64,000 nt of DNA from Mustelus asterias. Taxonomy: Eukaryota. Positions 25,866 to 38,955 of this stretch are shown here, one piece after another; position 1 is the stretch's first letter, and each line of letters opens with the position of its first letter. The stretch is taken from contig NW_027591885.1 of the NCBI RefSeq assembly GCF_964213995.1, forward strand, positions 1 through 64,000. Reading direction: 5' to 3'. The notes below the pieces were generated by a model. The model was not told the origin of the DNA, made no database searches, and saw nothing but the letters and a program-made list of their open reading frames with translations. A program made the translations under genes and the position numbers.

Positions 25866-26689
25866 CTCAGCTCATCTTTCAATCACGGCTCAATTTACAC
25901 TGTTGCTTTTTTCATGAGAAGTGTACATTCATGGCAAGGCCAGAATCGCTTGGACATTCATTTTTGCAATTGACGAGACGGTGCTGAGCACGTTTCGTGA
26001 AGTCCTGATATCCATGTGGCGCTGTAATACCCAGAGTGATTTTCAGAACAGAGTGCCCATGCACAGCAACGGAAAGACAAAATTATTCCAGGACAAGGGC
26101 TGTTTGTCAATTGGGGGAAAAGTTACCGGAAAGGGGGTTTCCATGAATCTTTTCCATTTGTGCTTCATAGCTGGAGGCAGAGAATGTGCAACAGGAGAAG
26201 TCTTCCTACGGTGATCTGGTGCATCTTACATTTTACATTATGTACTAGAGTGGGGAGTGAAATTTTAACCTCTCGTATCGGATACCGCTTATGCAGATTG
26301 CTTCGTTCTGTAATGTGGCAGTCGTATTATGGGCTGTTGGAGCTTTAAAGTCCTTAAATTCTTTTTAGTTCGAATATCCAATTAGAATTTCCGACCTCTG
26401 AGAAGAGGAACACGTGTTTTTTTTTCCAGTCCATGCACTTCACGGTTTCCCATGATCTATTGCTATAAAGCAGAGGTTGATCCCCCCCCTCAGAGAACTA
26501 ACCACGAACAACTCAACGAGGAATTCCTCGCTCGATAATCTCTAAAAAGTGAATGTAAATTGGTGCAATCTGCTCTTCAGCAACTTTTACCTGTCAAATC
26601 AAACACGAGCTTTTGGAATTCTGGACGAATACTTCCCCGGAGCAGATTACTTCATCCAGTAATTCCCTGGAGCACAGGAACTACGACAT

Positions 26690-27633
26690 ATTTTTCAAAA
26701 CCTTCAACATGTCATTGATAACGATGGACTGCTCGCCAAGGCCAACCCCACAACCCCACTACTTGCTTTCAAAGAACCGCCCAAACTCAAATAGACCATT
26801 GTTCTCAGCAAACGACCCAGTCCTCAGGAGAACAGCGACCACGAGACCACACAATGCTTCCGCGGCAACATCTGCAAGTTGTGCCGGATCATCGATATGG
26901 ATACCACCATCCCACGTGAGAACACCACCCACCTGGTACACGGTACATGTTCATGTGACTCGGCCAACGTTGTCTACGTCATATGCTTCAGGAAAGGATG
27001 TCCCGAGATGTGATACATTGCTGATACCATGCAGACGCCAGGACAACGGATGAACGGATACCGTGCTACAATACCCGGACAGGAGTGTTCCCTTCCAATC
27101 GGGGAGAGCTACAGCAGTCAAGGGCATTCAGCCTCCGATCTTAAAGTAAGCGTTCTCCAGGACGGCCGTCAAGACACTGGGCAACACAGAATCACCGAGC
27201 AGAAACTGATAGCTACGTTCTGCACACATGAGAACAGCCCCAAGCGGACTCTTGTGTTCATGTCAAACTACTTCTAACCTCCACCATACTGTCTGGGTTT
27301 GCAAAATCCTACTAACTCCCCTGGCTTGAGACAATTCACAAGTATTTAACCTGTGATTATCCCTCTGTCCATGCACACTGTGAGCACCTGTAAAGACTTG
27401 ATTACCTTTAAAGACTCGCATTCCAACCATTCTTCACATTCTGACCTGTAATTATCTTTCAATTGTATTTTTGCGTATATATGCCATGATTGTGAACCAA
27501 TCTCCGTGCATCTGATGAAGGAGCTGCATTCCGAAAGCGCGTTATTCCAAATAAACCTGTTGGACTTTAAGCTGGTGTTGTGATACTTCTTACTGCGCAC
27601 ATCCCTGTCAAACGCTGGCATCTCCACATCATG
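26690..27633 (+). mobile_element. Penelope-like element 3' part (GIY-YIG endonuclease relic and terminal repeat)
   Basis: ANVVYVICFRKGCPEM*YIADTMQT..QRMNGYR and EQKLIATF; ctgatgaaggagctgcattccgaaa at 27512; ends catctccacatcatg. Confidence 0.88.
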
Positions 27634-27639
27634 AAATCA

Positions 27640-30600
27640 ACAGGAGACAATGTATTAATCTAACTAAGCGTGAACACAAAATTATTAAGAAACCGAAAAA
27701 TAAACAAAACTCGAATGGTATGCTGTTCCAACAAATATAATTCCCACTCATTAACAAATAAATACAATTTTAGTCGCTCCCTAAATTACAACCGGGTTTT
27801 ATATTCTTGTAATATCCTGGGCTTTCTCTGCTGATTCTTCTTTCTTCTATTCTCTTCCTTATTGGGTACCTTTGCTGTCAAGGCTTTGAGCTAAGAACTG
27901 TGAGCTGTGGCAGGTGGCAGTTCTTCTCTGTCGTTGTTCCACTGCCCCCTTTCTTTTATACCCCTGATGACATATCAAAATCCCCCACAATCGGACTATT
28001 CCGAGGTTGCAAAAACCATCAGAGCAAAATTTAGTTCGTTGTTGGTATTTAAGTGACCAATTGAAATTTATTGCTGAATTCAAAAGCCTGTTCTGATGCA
28101 AATTGATTGGCTAAATTCAAAAGCCTGTTCTCTTGGTTTTTCGATATAATGTTTCAGTTTGGGCACTCGATGTGCTTGCCATTTTTAACTCTAAACACAA
28201 AAGAAAACGCCACCTTTGAACAGAACCATGCAATGTTTTCTTCTTTTGCATTTTACAATTTTACAAATACCAAATTCTACGTCCTACTTTTCAATGTACC
28301 GTTAGACTTATCGACTTTGCAACACCACACCCCCCCCCCCACCAAGAAACAAATGAACCATCGTCATAAAAAATATGGCTTCACTCTTTTTTTAACCTTC
28401 AGTTCATTATGTTGCGAGATCCATAGTTCATTAATCCAGAGTTTCATGTTTCATAATAATTCTATTTATATATAACATTGAACTCTAGCATTTCTATCAT
28501 ATATAAACATTTTTCATTTAAACTCGTGATAAAGCATCCACGTTAATATTTTCACGACCCACAGCATGTACAATCTGTAAAGTAAATGGGTGTTACGGTG
28601 GTACAGTGGTTACCACTGCTGCCTCACAGCACCCGGGACCCGAGTTTAATTCCAGCCTTGGGTCACTGTCTGCGTAGAGTTTATGCATTCTCCCCGTGTG
28701 CGTGAGTTCCCTCCTGTACTTCAATAATTCGCGGGTTAGGCTGATTGGCCATGGAAATTCCCCCCTTATTGTCTGGCAGACGAACAGGGTAAATTGTGGG
28801 GTTACTGGGATGTGGTCTGGTTGGGATTGCCGTCGCTTCAGGCTCTATGGGCCGAATGGCCTTCTTCTGCACTGTCGGGATTCTATGATTCTCAATGCTT
28901 TTAACATTAGACTCCAACAAAATTATCTGGTATTATTTTCCTCAAATATTTCCAGAAATATCAAACGATGGTGTACACCGTCTCTGATGCATTGTTTGCA
29001 AGGTGAACATTAAAATGTTTTAAGGCTATTACCAAATTCAATATCACTTTTTCAATGTTTGAATGTTTTTTCTGGTGGATGTTGAAGTTTTTTCTTGAAA
29101 AATAACCGATTGGTCTTTTAATTCCACAATCATACTCCTGTCACAGCACAGCTCCAACATCCACATCGCTGGCAACGATGGCGACTTTGAAGGGTTCCTG
29201 AATGTTTCGCGTGACTAAAACGGGTGTGGGAGTTAACATTGCTTCAAATTGTCAAATGCCTCCTGGCATTGTTCTGTAAGAATCATTTTCATGTTTTTAT
29301 TAACATATCTATCAACGGTCTCACTACACTCCTGAAGTTTGATCCAACTTTCTTGTAGAATCGTTTCAAAGCTAAAAATCGTAGCACTTCCTGCCGCGAA
29401 GTTGGTCTTGGAAATATCTCGATGGCATTCATCTTCATGTTTCTCGATGACATCCGTCCGTATTCAATCTTTTCCCCGAAGAATGTCACTTCCACATTCG
29501 TAAATTCGGTTTTTGCCAAGTTTATCACTAACTTTGCCTCCCGCAGTTTCCTGAACAGCTCCGCCAGATGCTTCATGTGTTCTTGTATGAATGGTTGAAG
29601 ATCACTTAGTCATCCATATAGGCAGCACAATTCGTCCACCGTGCAGCAACTTTGTTCATAAGCCTTTGAAAAGCGACTGGTGCGTTTTTCATCACAAAAG
29701 GCATTACTTTAAATTGTTGTAGCCCATTTAGGGTTACAAAAGCAGAAACATATTTTGCTCTCTCTGACAAAGGTTGTTGACAATAACCGCAAAGTACGTT
29801 GATCTTTGTGATATGAGAGTCTTGCCCTACTTTTTCACCCAATCCTCCAGCCTTGGAATTGTGTATGAATCAGATTTGGTCAAACGTTTGCATTCCGATA
29901 AGTTACGCAGAATTGTTGAGTACAATCAAATTTGGGAACCAACACAATGGGCTTTGATTCGGCTCTACAATTTCTTCTTCTCGCATCGCTTCCACTTCCT
30001 TCTAAACTTGTGCTGCTTTGAGCAGATTAAACCGATAGGGGTATTGTTTTATCGGAACAGCATTACCTCTGCCAACGTCATACACTGTGGCATTAGTCTT
30101 CCCCGTTCTATTTCGACATAGTTCTTCATAGCACTGCAACCAGTGGTTCAATTAAATTACCTGTTCCTGGGGCAGATAGCTCACTACCCTATTCCATTCC
30201 TTGAGGAATTCTTCATTATTCAATTTATGCTGAGGCACATCAAAATTCAAATCGTCTGGATGTGATGTCTTACTCTTATTGGCAGTAACTAATAACTGTT
30301 TCTGCAGTTCCCTTTCACTGTCATAGTTCTGTTTCAGTATGTTCACATGACATACCCTGTCTTTTTTTTCCTAAGTGGCATCTTTACCAGACAATTAGCC
30401 TGACTTAACTTCTTGTCAACCTGATAAAGACAACTAAACCTCCTTTTGAAAGGATCTCCTACCACTGTTAATAGCGCCAAATCATTCTAGCCACAGACAA
30501 ACGTACAAATTTTAGTTTTTGTATCTGCTTCTTGCTTCATTCGGTGTTGTGTCACCTTCAAATTCTGTCTACCTGATTCACCTACTTTGGTTAATCCTTC

Positions 30601-32085
30601 TCTCAACTCAGATACATAATCCAACTGTGTGATCCCTGACTTATGACCTACCAACATTTCCCTAATTAATTTTTAAAACCCTCTTAGTTCATGACCAAAT
30701 ATCAATTGAAATGGAGTAAACTTAGTCGATTCATTTGGCGCATCTCTAACAGCAAATAATATAAATGTGATACCTTTATCCCAGTCATTTGTGTAATCCT
30801 GGCATTCAGCCTTTCAGCTGGTGTTTAGGGTCTGATGCTACCTTTCCAATGTTCCCTGCAATTCAGGATGTTACGCATTCGATGTAAAGTGTCTGATACC
30901 TAAAATTTCCATGGCTTACTTAAGTAATTTGGCAGTAAGTTTGGACCCTTGGTTTGACTGAATCACACTGAGTAAACAATAATGTGTAAAGAAAGCAAGC
31001 TTTCCTTGACATTCTGCAATGGAATTGCCTCTGGAAATCTAGTAGACACACCCAATACGGTTAGGAAATACTGATCCGCATTTTTCGATTTAGGGAGAAG
31101 ACCTTCAAAATCCAATTTTAGTCGTTTAAATGTTTCTTCAAATGTGGGAATTTGCATAAAAGGCGCTCGTTTTATCACTGCTTGTGGCTTTCCTACCATT
31201 TGACACATATAACAGATTCGGCAAAATTCAACTACATCTTTATTTAATCCAGGCCAGAAAAAAATGCTTCTCTATCTTAGGCTGAGTGTTCCTCACTCCT
31301 GGATGACCTCCTTCAGATAATTCGTGTGCTACCCGCTATACTTCGTTTTTGCATGTTAAAGGCAACACAATCCAGAGAATTTCCGCCCATTTCTCAAATG
31401 TGCTAACCTGCCAAACTCTCCATTTCCACTTCAGATGTTTTCCTTAAGGCAATAGCGTTCTGGAATGCACTCCGATTGCTTTTCCATGTAGGCTACATGA
31501 TACAAATCCTTTATCGCCTCATCTTTTTGTTGCAACACCATTAATCTTTCAGATCTGAACACCTCTGCCTGATCCTCTACCTGCTTAGGTTTTTGCCGTT
31601 ACCATCTTATCAAACGGAGTGTCAGCGAAGTGGACCTCATCTTTTTCATCGTTTTCTTGTGTTCTGTCTTCCTGTTTTAGTGTATGGCAGTGGGATCTTG
31701 TCACCACACTGTCCGAAAGAAAATCCAAGATTTTTTTCTTTTAACTCCTCTGTTCCCTGGTTTACTTTTCCACGACAACCACTCCCACAATATCATTTCC
31801 AAGAACAAACTGTATTCCTGGAATAGCAGAGTTTTACATCATTTCCACTATCACTTTGCCGGCCTTGATTGGACTTTCTTGCCTTAAATTACACAGGGGT
31901 GCCGTAGTCCTTTCTCTATTTAATCCCCAGATTATTATTCTCTCAGGCAATATTTCAGAAGGAGTGCAAATATTTTCATCTCTTACTATGAGAGACAGAC
32001 TAGCTCCCATATCGTTCAAGAAAGTTTTTAACTACTTTTCCTACTCCCCCTGTTCTGTCTGAGTAACTCCTACGGACAAAGCTGA
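27640..32085 (-). mobile_element. Gmr1-like Ty3/Gypsy LTR retrotransposon relic (PRO-INT-RT-RH order) with probable 3' LTR
   Basis: On the minus strand: DMGASLSL protease (about 32010), H..GH.G..HFFWPG..C..C integrase zinc finger (about 31320-31200), STRFPEAIPL, CHVNILK, FKVMPFVMKNAP/YMDD RT (about 29700-29606), ASDVDVGAVL RNase H (about 29170), then a poly-G PPT at about 28330-28340 followed by TG. Confidence 0.85.
28588..28892 (+). mobile_element. HE1 SINE nested in the Gmr1 element
   Basis: ggtggtacagtggttaccactgctgcctcacagc head; gggccgaatggccttcttctgcactgt..ttctatgattct tail. Confidence 0.9.
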
Positions 32086-33378
32086 AATCTGATCAAGAAA
32101 ATAAAATCACATGGGAACCAGGGTGGTCTGGCTCAATGAATACAGAAGTGGTTTGGCCCTAAAAGACAGAGAGTAGCGATTGAAGGATGTTTTGCAGAAT
32201 GGAGATCTGTAACGACTGGTATTGCGCAGAGATCAGGGCCTCTGTTCCTTTAATATAAATAAATGATCTGTAGGAAAATGTGGGTGGTCTGATTGTTACG
32301 TTGTTAGATGATACGAAGATTTGTGGAGTTGCTGATATTTCTGGGGATTGTCAAAGGATACAACAGGATACAGATAGACTGGAGACTTGGGCACAGAAAT
32401 TGCAGATGGAGTTTAATCCGGAGAAATGCTATGTGTGCATTTTGGAGGTTCAAATTTAGGTGTGAATTATGCGATAAATGCCAGAACTCTCAGATCATAA
32501 ACACACAGAAGGATGTGGGCGTGCAGGTCTACATTTCCTGAAAAGTTGAAACACAAATAGTCAAGTTGATTGAGAGGGTATGTGGCATGCTTGCCTTCAT
32601 CAGCCAGGGCATTGTGTGCAAGTGTTGGGATATCATGTTACAGCTGCATTAAACCGTGGCTAGACCGCATTTGCATTACTGCCTGCAGTTCTGGTCACCA
32701 CACTACCAGAAGAACGTTAAACATTTGGAGAGAGTGCCACGAATGTTCCCCAGGATGTTGCCTGGTTTCGGAGAGAGGTTGAATAAACAACAAATGTTTT
32801 CCCTGGAAAGATGGAGGCTGAGGGGAGACCCGATGGAAGTCATAGACCGTTGTGATAATCAGTGACGTTTTCGCAGTGTGGAGGTGTCAATTACAACTGG
32901 ATACAGGTTCAAGGTGAGGGGGAAATTGTGCGGGGAAGTTTTCCATGCAGAGTGTGGTGGGTGTCTGGAACGCGCTGCCAAAGGAGGCGGTGGAATCCGG
33001 CATGTTAACAACATTTAAGAGGCATCTGGATGGGTACATCAATAGGAACGGAATAAAGGGATAAGGAGTGAAGGGTCAAAACAAATCTTCTTTCCGTTTG
33101 CGTTTAGCTTCACTGGAACATTGCAGTAGGCCAAGGACAGACACGTAGGGATGGGAAGAGGATAGTGTCTTAAACTGGCAAACAACTGGAAGTTCAGGGT
33201 CCTGATTGTCTTACAGATGCTGCCAGACCTGTTGAGATTTTCCACCATTTTCTCTTTGGATAAAGGAATACGGATCAAGTAAGGGCTAAAGGTTACTTAT
33301 AGTTTAGTTGGGGCATCATGGTCGGCACAGGGCCGAAGGGCCTCTTCCTTTGGTGTACTTTCTTTTGTTCTTTGTTCG
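32085..33378 (+). mobile_element. CR1 LINE RT-to-3' relic interrupted by a Penelope-like fragment
   Basis: RPHLHYCLQFWSPH and MFSLERWRLRGD; tail ggcacagggccgaagggcct..(ttgttct)n. Confidence 0.85.
33080..33258. mobile_element. Penelope-like fragment of a second family inside the CR1 3' UTR
   Basis: cagatgctgccagacctgttgagatttccaccatttt terminal motif, flanked by the imperfect duplication gaataaagggataagg / ggataaaggaatacgg. Confidence 0.55.
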
Positions 33379-33699
33379 CATCTTGGACAGTATTGCATCG
33401 GCCTTGTACTTGCTGGAAACCCTGCCTATCTCGGCCGCCTACATTAAGTTGTGGACAGATGGAGATGTATGCCGATCGAAGGTCAAGAAAATAATGCTGA
33501 CAGGGTGGCACTAAGAAAAGGCAGCGCAAATGCAATCATAGTTCCAAGCAGCGAGGAGAGAACCTGTGAAGTTGGGGTTCTATTCAGTGGGGGCCGTCTC
33601 ATAGTGGAATGGTGGTGGTGACTGTAATTGTTTCAATAGGTATATGATGTCCACCCACCTGAGCGCGGAATAACGAGGATGGTTTGAGGCATGAATCGA

Positions 33700-34735
33700 C
33701 CATGATGACGTGAAAATATTACTGAAAGGAAAGACAGTGGACAGGCAATGGCAGGCATTTACAAACGAATAGATCCAAAAGTTGTGCATTCCTGTTTGGC
33801 GCAAGAGTGCTCAGGGAATTGTGGACAATTATGGCTTACCAGGGGAATTATGATAGTATCAGATTCAAGAAAGAAGCATACACATTGAAAAGAAAATGAA
33901 ACAGGCCTGAGGATTTGGAGCAGTGCAAAATTCAGCAAAGGAGGACCAAGGGATTGATTAAGAATGGAAAATAGGGTATGAAAATTAACTAGCGAGCAAC
34001 ATCAAAACTGACTGTAAAAGTTTCTATGTATGTAAAAAAAAAAGATTGACAAAAAACAATGTAGACCCCATACATTCCGAAATGCGAAAATTCATAATCG
34101 GGAACAAAGAAATGGCTGGTGAATTAAATTTGTACTTTGCTTCAGTCTTCACAAAGGAAAACATGAATAATATAGCAGAAGTGCTGAGAGAAACGTGTTT
34201 TAGTCAGGATGTGAAGGATATCAACATGAGTACAGAAATGGTTTTGGGGAAACTGATGCGATTTAAGGTGGATAAATCTCCAGATGCTGATAATATTTAC
34301 CCCAGAGTACTTAAGGACGCGGCCCTGGAAATAATTGTGCAATTGAAGTTTATTTTCCGAGATTCTTTGTGCTCTTGAGTGGTTCCTACAGATTGGAGGT
34401 TCGCTAATATAAGCCCACTATTCAGAAAGAGAGGGAGAGAGAAAACATGGAACTATAGACCAGTGAGCCAAACGTCGGCACTGGGAAACATGCTGGAGTT
34501 TGTTATCAACGATTTCATAACTCCATGTGTTGTAATCAGAGAAAGTCAGCATGGATTTACCAAAGGAAAATCATGCTTGACGGATCTATTGTTTTTTTTA
34601 AGGATGTTACCAGTAGAGATGACCGAGAAGAACCAGGGGATTTGTTTTTTTTAGACTTGCAGAAGGCTAATGACAAGGTCTCACATAGCAGACTGTTATG
34701 TAAAGTTAAAGCACATGGTAATGGAGGCACGCCCC
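33700..34735 (+). mobile_element. CR1 ORF2 internal relic
   Basis: EMAGELNLYFASVFT, VDKSPDAD, NYRPVSQTS and ESQHGFTKGKSCLT. Confidence 0.85.
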
Positions 34736-34739
34736 TTAG

Positions 34740-35450
34740 AAAAAGTATCATGTGGACGACCTTGTCATGGGAAGGAGATTGTGTGGTGGACCAGACCAGG
34801 TACCAGGGAGATTTGTGGAGATGACACAGCAGTCCTCACTGTGCCGTCGACTGAAGAGGCATGTTGATTCCTTACACAAGAAAGTGGAACCAAGCCCCTG
34901 GCGACAAACAAATAGGTCGCAGGTTCAGTTTGTATGTATTAGCAACTGCAACAGATATTCTGCAGCCTGTGATGGGGCTACGGCCACACCTGGCTTTGGT
35001 GGCGCAGGTAGAGGATGGCGCGGGCAAGAGCCTAGTTCCTGTGGTGTTAGTACATCTCTTCCATCAGTGCATCCTGTGCCGTTGGCTCTTGTTTGAAGAA
35101 ACCCCGACACAGTTCTGACATGCAACAAATGTCCAGGAGTCTCTGAACTGGCTGATGTTATAAACTTACTTTCCTTGCTGGTCCTCCTGCAATGTTGTTG
35201 CTTAACTGCCTATGTATTAAGTGTTTTACTTTGCGTTTTACTATGGATAGTCGAAGGGATTAGGCAGAATGGAGTGTGGAAGTGTTCACGGTTTAAGGGG
35301 CGATGCTTCGTGGGCCTCTTGAATGGTCTGGAATCAATGGTGCGAGCGCATGAACTTTGCAGTATCAGAAGCGAGGACGCACATCCTCAGTGCTGCAAGG
35401 CCTGTTAGGAGCAGACCTATAAAGATGTGCTGTTGAACACGTGGTTGCAT
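34740..35450 (+). mobile_element. Possible L1/Tx1-like 3' relic
   Basis: Degenerate PLATN..C..C..H zinc-knuckle-like region; weak. Confidence 0.3.
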
Positions 35451-36884
35451 ACATTTTTTTTTTCTCAAACAATAAATCATTTAGTTTGTTACTTGCGGCA
35501 TTGTGTTGTTTCCAATTATTATAGTAATTAATAACCGTGAAGATTCCTGCCAGTGAAATAAAAAACAGATATTCTCTTCAATGATTGTTTTTATTACTGC
35601 TGCCAAAACATGTTTTCAATGTCCTGCGGCACTATTAGTCCATTTGTGTCCAATGTAACATATGGCTGTTTATGTTAAACCGTTTGGAAATAAAGGCTGG
35701 CAGAATTTCATCTGTTTTACCTTCTACTCCCTTTGTCCCAGCTCATTGTATAATACAGAATCATTGCTTTTTCCAAATACAGTTTGCGTCAATAAAACAA
35801 TATTGGTCCTCTCTTTGTATCCGTTATTATGCTAAATGCCACGATCTTTTCATCTGGAGTTTTGTTTCATACAGTAAATTGCTTTCTGCTGCACCAGACT
35901 GCCCATTATTGTACATTATCTGACATTTTTTAATCCAGCAGTCATTCAGAACTTGCTGCATCCAGTCAAAACTAAAATATTGTGGACAGAATGTTAGCCA
36001 TCCCTTTCGCAACAGCGAATCCCCACCGGCCACCCAACCGCCACCCCTCACAACTTGCTGTCGTTTGAAAAGTCTGGCTTTTTGAACGTACTTATGCTTT
36101 CATCTGTTGCACTGTTCTAACAAAGTCGTTTATTCCGTCCCATTGTAAATAAGTACTTCCAGAACACCCATGCAAACTACCCATTTTACTCGTTAGTCAC
36201 ACATTTTAACTCAACCAATGGCTCTTTCAATTGACCCCTTCTCAACCTCTCCACACCTGTCACATAACTTCCATGTTAATACGATTAAAGGTGGCATTTA
36301 GCTTCTATTTTACAATTACATTTTACCTACCCTGCAATTATTCTCTTCACTGCTCTTTGTTTAACATTTAGCATCGTGTTGCGTTGTGTGAACTAACTGA
36401 CACATGACCCGTGAACTCTTTCTTTGATATTTACTGTTCGCTATCTCGTTTCACAACAAGGGAACGCCTGCTGCTGCGAGCGCCACCTATTCCTTCCTCC
36501 TCGTCTGTGGCCGAATAAGATCGAGATGCCTCAATGGAGATGCTTATTAGAAAGGACAGTTGGAAATGGAAGAATGCTCTTTCTTCGACCAACTTAGATA
36601 TTCAATCGGTCATGCCAGATCACCCTGTAATTTGATCATTTTTCACAAAAAAAACGCGATCATAGAACGCTGAATATTGATGCATAAACGAAGCTTACAC
36701 TTCAGACCATTAAGATTGAGTTTCATCAAACAACGTGAAAAGGAACATTCGTGTCATTTGAGAAATACGGGAAAGTGAACGTTAAACCTGCATTTGGATT
36801 CGGAACCAGAGCAAATCAGATTCGATACAAGGCAAAATTGTCAATTATATACCATTAATAATAGTTTGAGAAAGATATACGTAG

Positions 36885-37490
36885 TGTAGATAGATAGACA
36901 GACAGGCGGACAGACAGACAGTTTGACGGAAGGACAGACGGGCNNNNNNNNNNNNNNNNNNNNNNNNNNNNNNNNNNNNNNNNNNNNNNNNNNNNNNNNN
37001 NNNNNNNNNNNNNNNNNNNNNNNNNNNNNNNNNNNNNNNNNNNNNNNNNNNNNNNNNNNNNNNNNNNNNNNNNNNNNNNNNNNNNNNNNNNNNNNNNNNN
37101 NNNNNNNNNNNNNNNNNNNNNNNNNNNNNNNNNNNNNNNNNNNNNNNNNNNNNNNNNNNNNNNNNNNNNNNNNNNNNNNNNNNNNNNNNNNNNNNNNNNN
37201 NNNNNNNNNNNNNNNNNNNNNNNNNNNNNNNNNNNNNNNNNNNNNNNNNNNNNNNNNNNNNNNNNNNNNNNNNNNNNNNNNNNNNNNNNNNNNNNNNNNN
37301 NNNNNNNNNNNNNNNNNNNNNNNNNNNNNNNNNNNNNNNNNNNNNNNNNNNNNNNNNNNNNNNNNNNNNNNNNNNNNNNNNNNNNNNNNNNNNNNNNNNN
37401 NNNNNNNNNNNNNNNNNNNNNNNNNNNNNNNNNNNNNNNNNNNNNNNNNNNNNNNAGACAGGCAGACAGACATGCAGTTAGGTAGACTGT
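36885..37490. repeat. (GATA)/(GACA)n microsatellite spanning a 512-N gap (36944-37455)
   Basis: tagatagatagacagacag on the left and agacaggcagacagac on the right of the N run. Confidence 0.9.
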
Positions 37491-37619
37491 CACATAAAAT
37501 ATTCAAGAAATATGCATATGGTATTTATAACTACATTTTAACGTCCAAAGAAAGAACATTATCAATACAGATAAATTTATTTTATTTGACACAGCGGCAG
37601 AGAAAAAATTGTAAGTGAC

Positions 37620-38400
37620 AAATTGTGTTCTCAATGAGCACGGCATAGAGCCAAATGTTAAATGTAGCAGTGGATGTAGGAAGGGGGAGCGCTTTGGAGG
37701 GCATAGCGCCAAGGCAGCTGATCGTGCGTCTGCAAATGGTGGAGCAATTAAAATCCCGGATGCACATGAGGTCACTGTTGCAGCACAATAAATGTCTTAA
37801 CTGCACTATTATTGTTGGTTGTTCCACAGATGAACAGGAGCCATGCCTGTGGGATTGGGGAGCAATAATGGGGATGTTAAAATGCCTGTCATGCAGGGTA
37901 TGTGTGTCACCATGAAAAACAGTGATGAGTGAACGGAATGTGGAGCAACTGACAATACTGTTTTTGGAAGAACACAAACTGTTCTTCAGGAGGATTCAGT
38001 TCGGTCAGCAGAGCATAGGGATGTCCTCACTGGTAACAGAAATATGGACGGACCTTTTGGCAGATGTCGGTTGCTGCTGGGTTGCGAAAGTCTGTTCCTG
38101 CCAAGGATGTTGTTCGAGGGTTTTGCATAATGGAATTGGTATTAGTGGCTCAGCAAAGGGTAAAGTACAATTCTGATGTTGTGGGGCATTAGTTTCATCC
38201 TCAATCTATGCCTATGGACATCGATGTCGCCTCTGGCTAAGGATTCAAGCGGATCCAAATATTAACTTTCAGTTTTGTGATCCTTCCCCATACTTAATCA
38301 ATAGCAGGAGTCGCCCGATTATGCATCACAGAACTTGGAACATGTTGTGATGATTCGTGTACTTTCAGCAGCCTTGGGCAATCGGAGCTAATGGAAGGCA
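37620..38400 (-). mobile_element. Degenerate L2 LINE 3' fragment
   Basis: Minus strand tgtgcatccgggattttaattgctccaccatttgcagacgcacgatcagctgccttgg resembles the L2 3' coding end. Confidence 0.55.
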
Positions 38401-38597
38401 GAAACTTTCAGTTGTGCACAAGAGATAATTTGGCAAGTCTGAATGTACATTAATTAAATATGATTTAAACATATCACACAGAGTAAAACCATTTAGCTGA
38501 ATGCATGTAACAGCTTGATGTTCATGATGTATTTAACAACTGTTGTAATGGAGCAAAACACGATTCAAAATGTTATTAATTGAACGAGGAAACTCAC

Positions 38598-38694
38598 CAG
38601 GTACAGCAACAGCAGCGAGAACTGGATAGTAGATTTTTTGTATATTCCGAATAGAAAAAAGTATTCTTGCCACTGATTGATGATCTCTTTCCAT
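38598..38694 (-). CDS. GPCR gene B exon 1
   Basis: ataATGG start with an in-frame TGA upstream; MERDHQSVARILFSIRNIQKIYYPVLAAVAVP+G then donor GTGAGT (38597-38592). Phase 1 matches exon 2; 97+902=999 nt gives 332 aa. Confidence 0.88.
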
Positions 38695-38789
38695 TATTGT
38701 AGTCTCTTTCGCAATCTCTGTTCATCGGGTTAGTCCAGTTCATGTATGAACGTTCTCGTTGACTCTATGGAACATCACAGTGAGCTGAT

Positions 38790-38955
38790 TCCTTTAATAT
38801 ACGTTGTGAGATGTCTCTGCAGACACATCTTGACTCCATGGATACACTGATTAATTACAGCCACTGAGCAAACAGGCGGTGTTAACTCATTCTTCAAAAA
38901 TGACTGCTGAATTAGAGATCAAAATTGCACGCAAATTAAATAGGCATGAATAAAG
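38790..38955 (-). promoter_or_regulatory. Putative proximal promoter of gene B
   Basis: TTATTCAT, TAATTAAT (38857-38850), TCCATGGA (38842-38835) and TATATTAAA (38801-38793); the block is shared with the upstream region of gene C. Confidence 0.55.

Noticed and set aside
36841-37618. ORFs running through N gaps (also 19141-19433)
   Set aside because: Artefacts of unknown bases.
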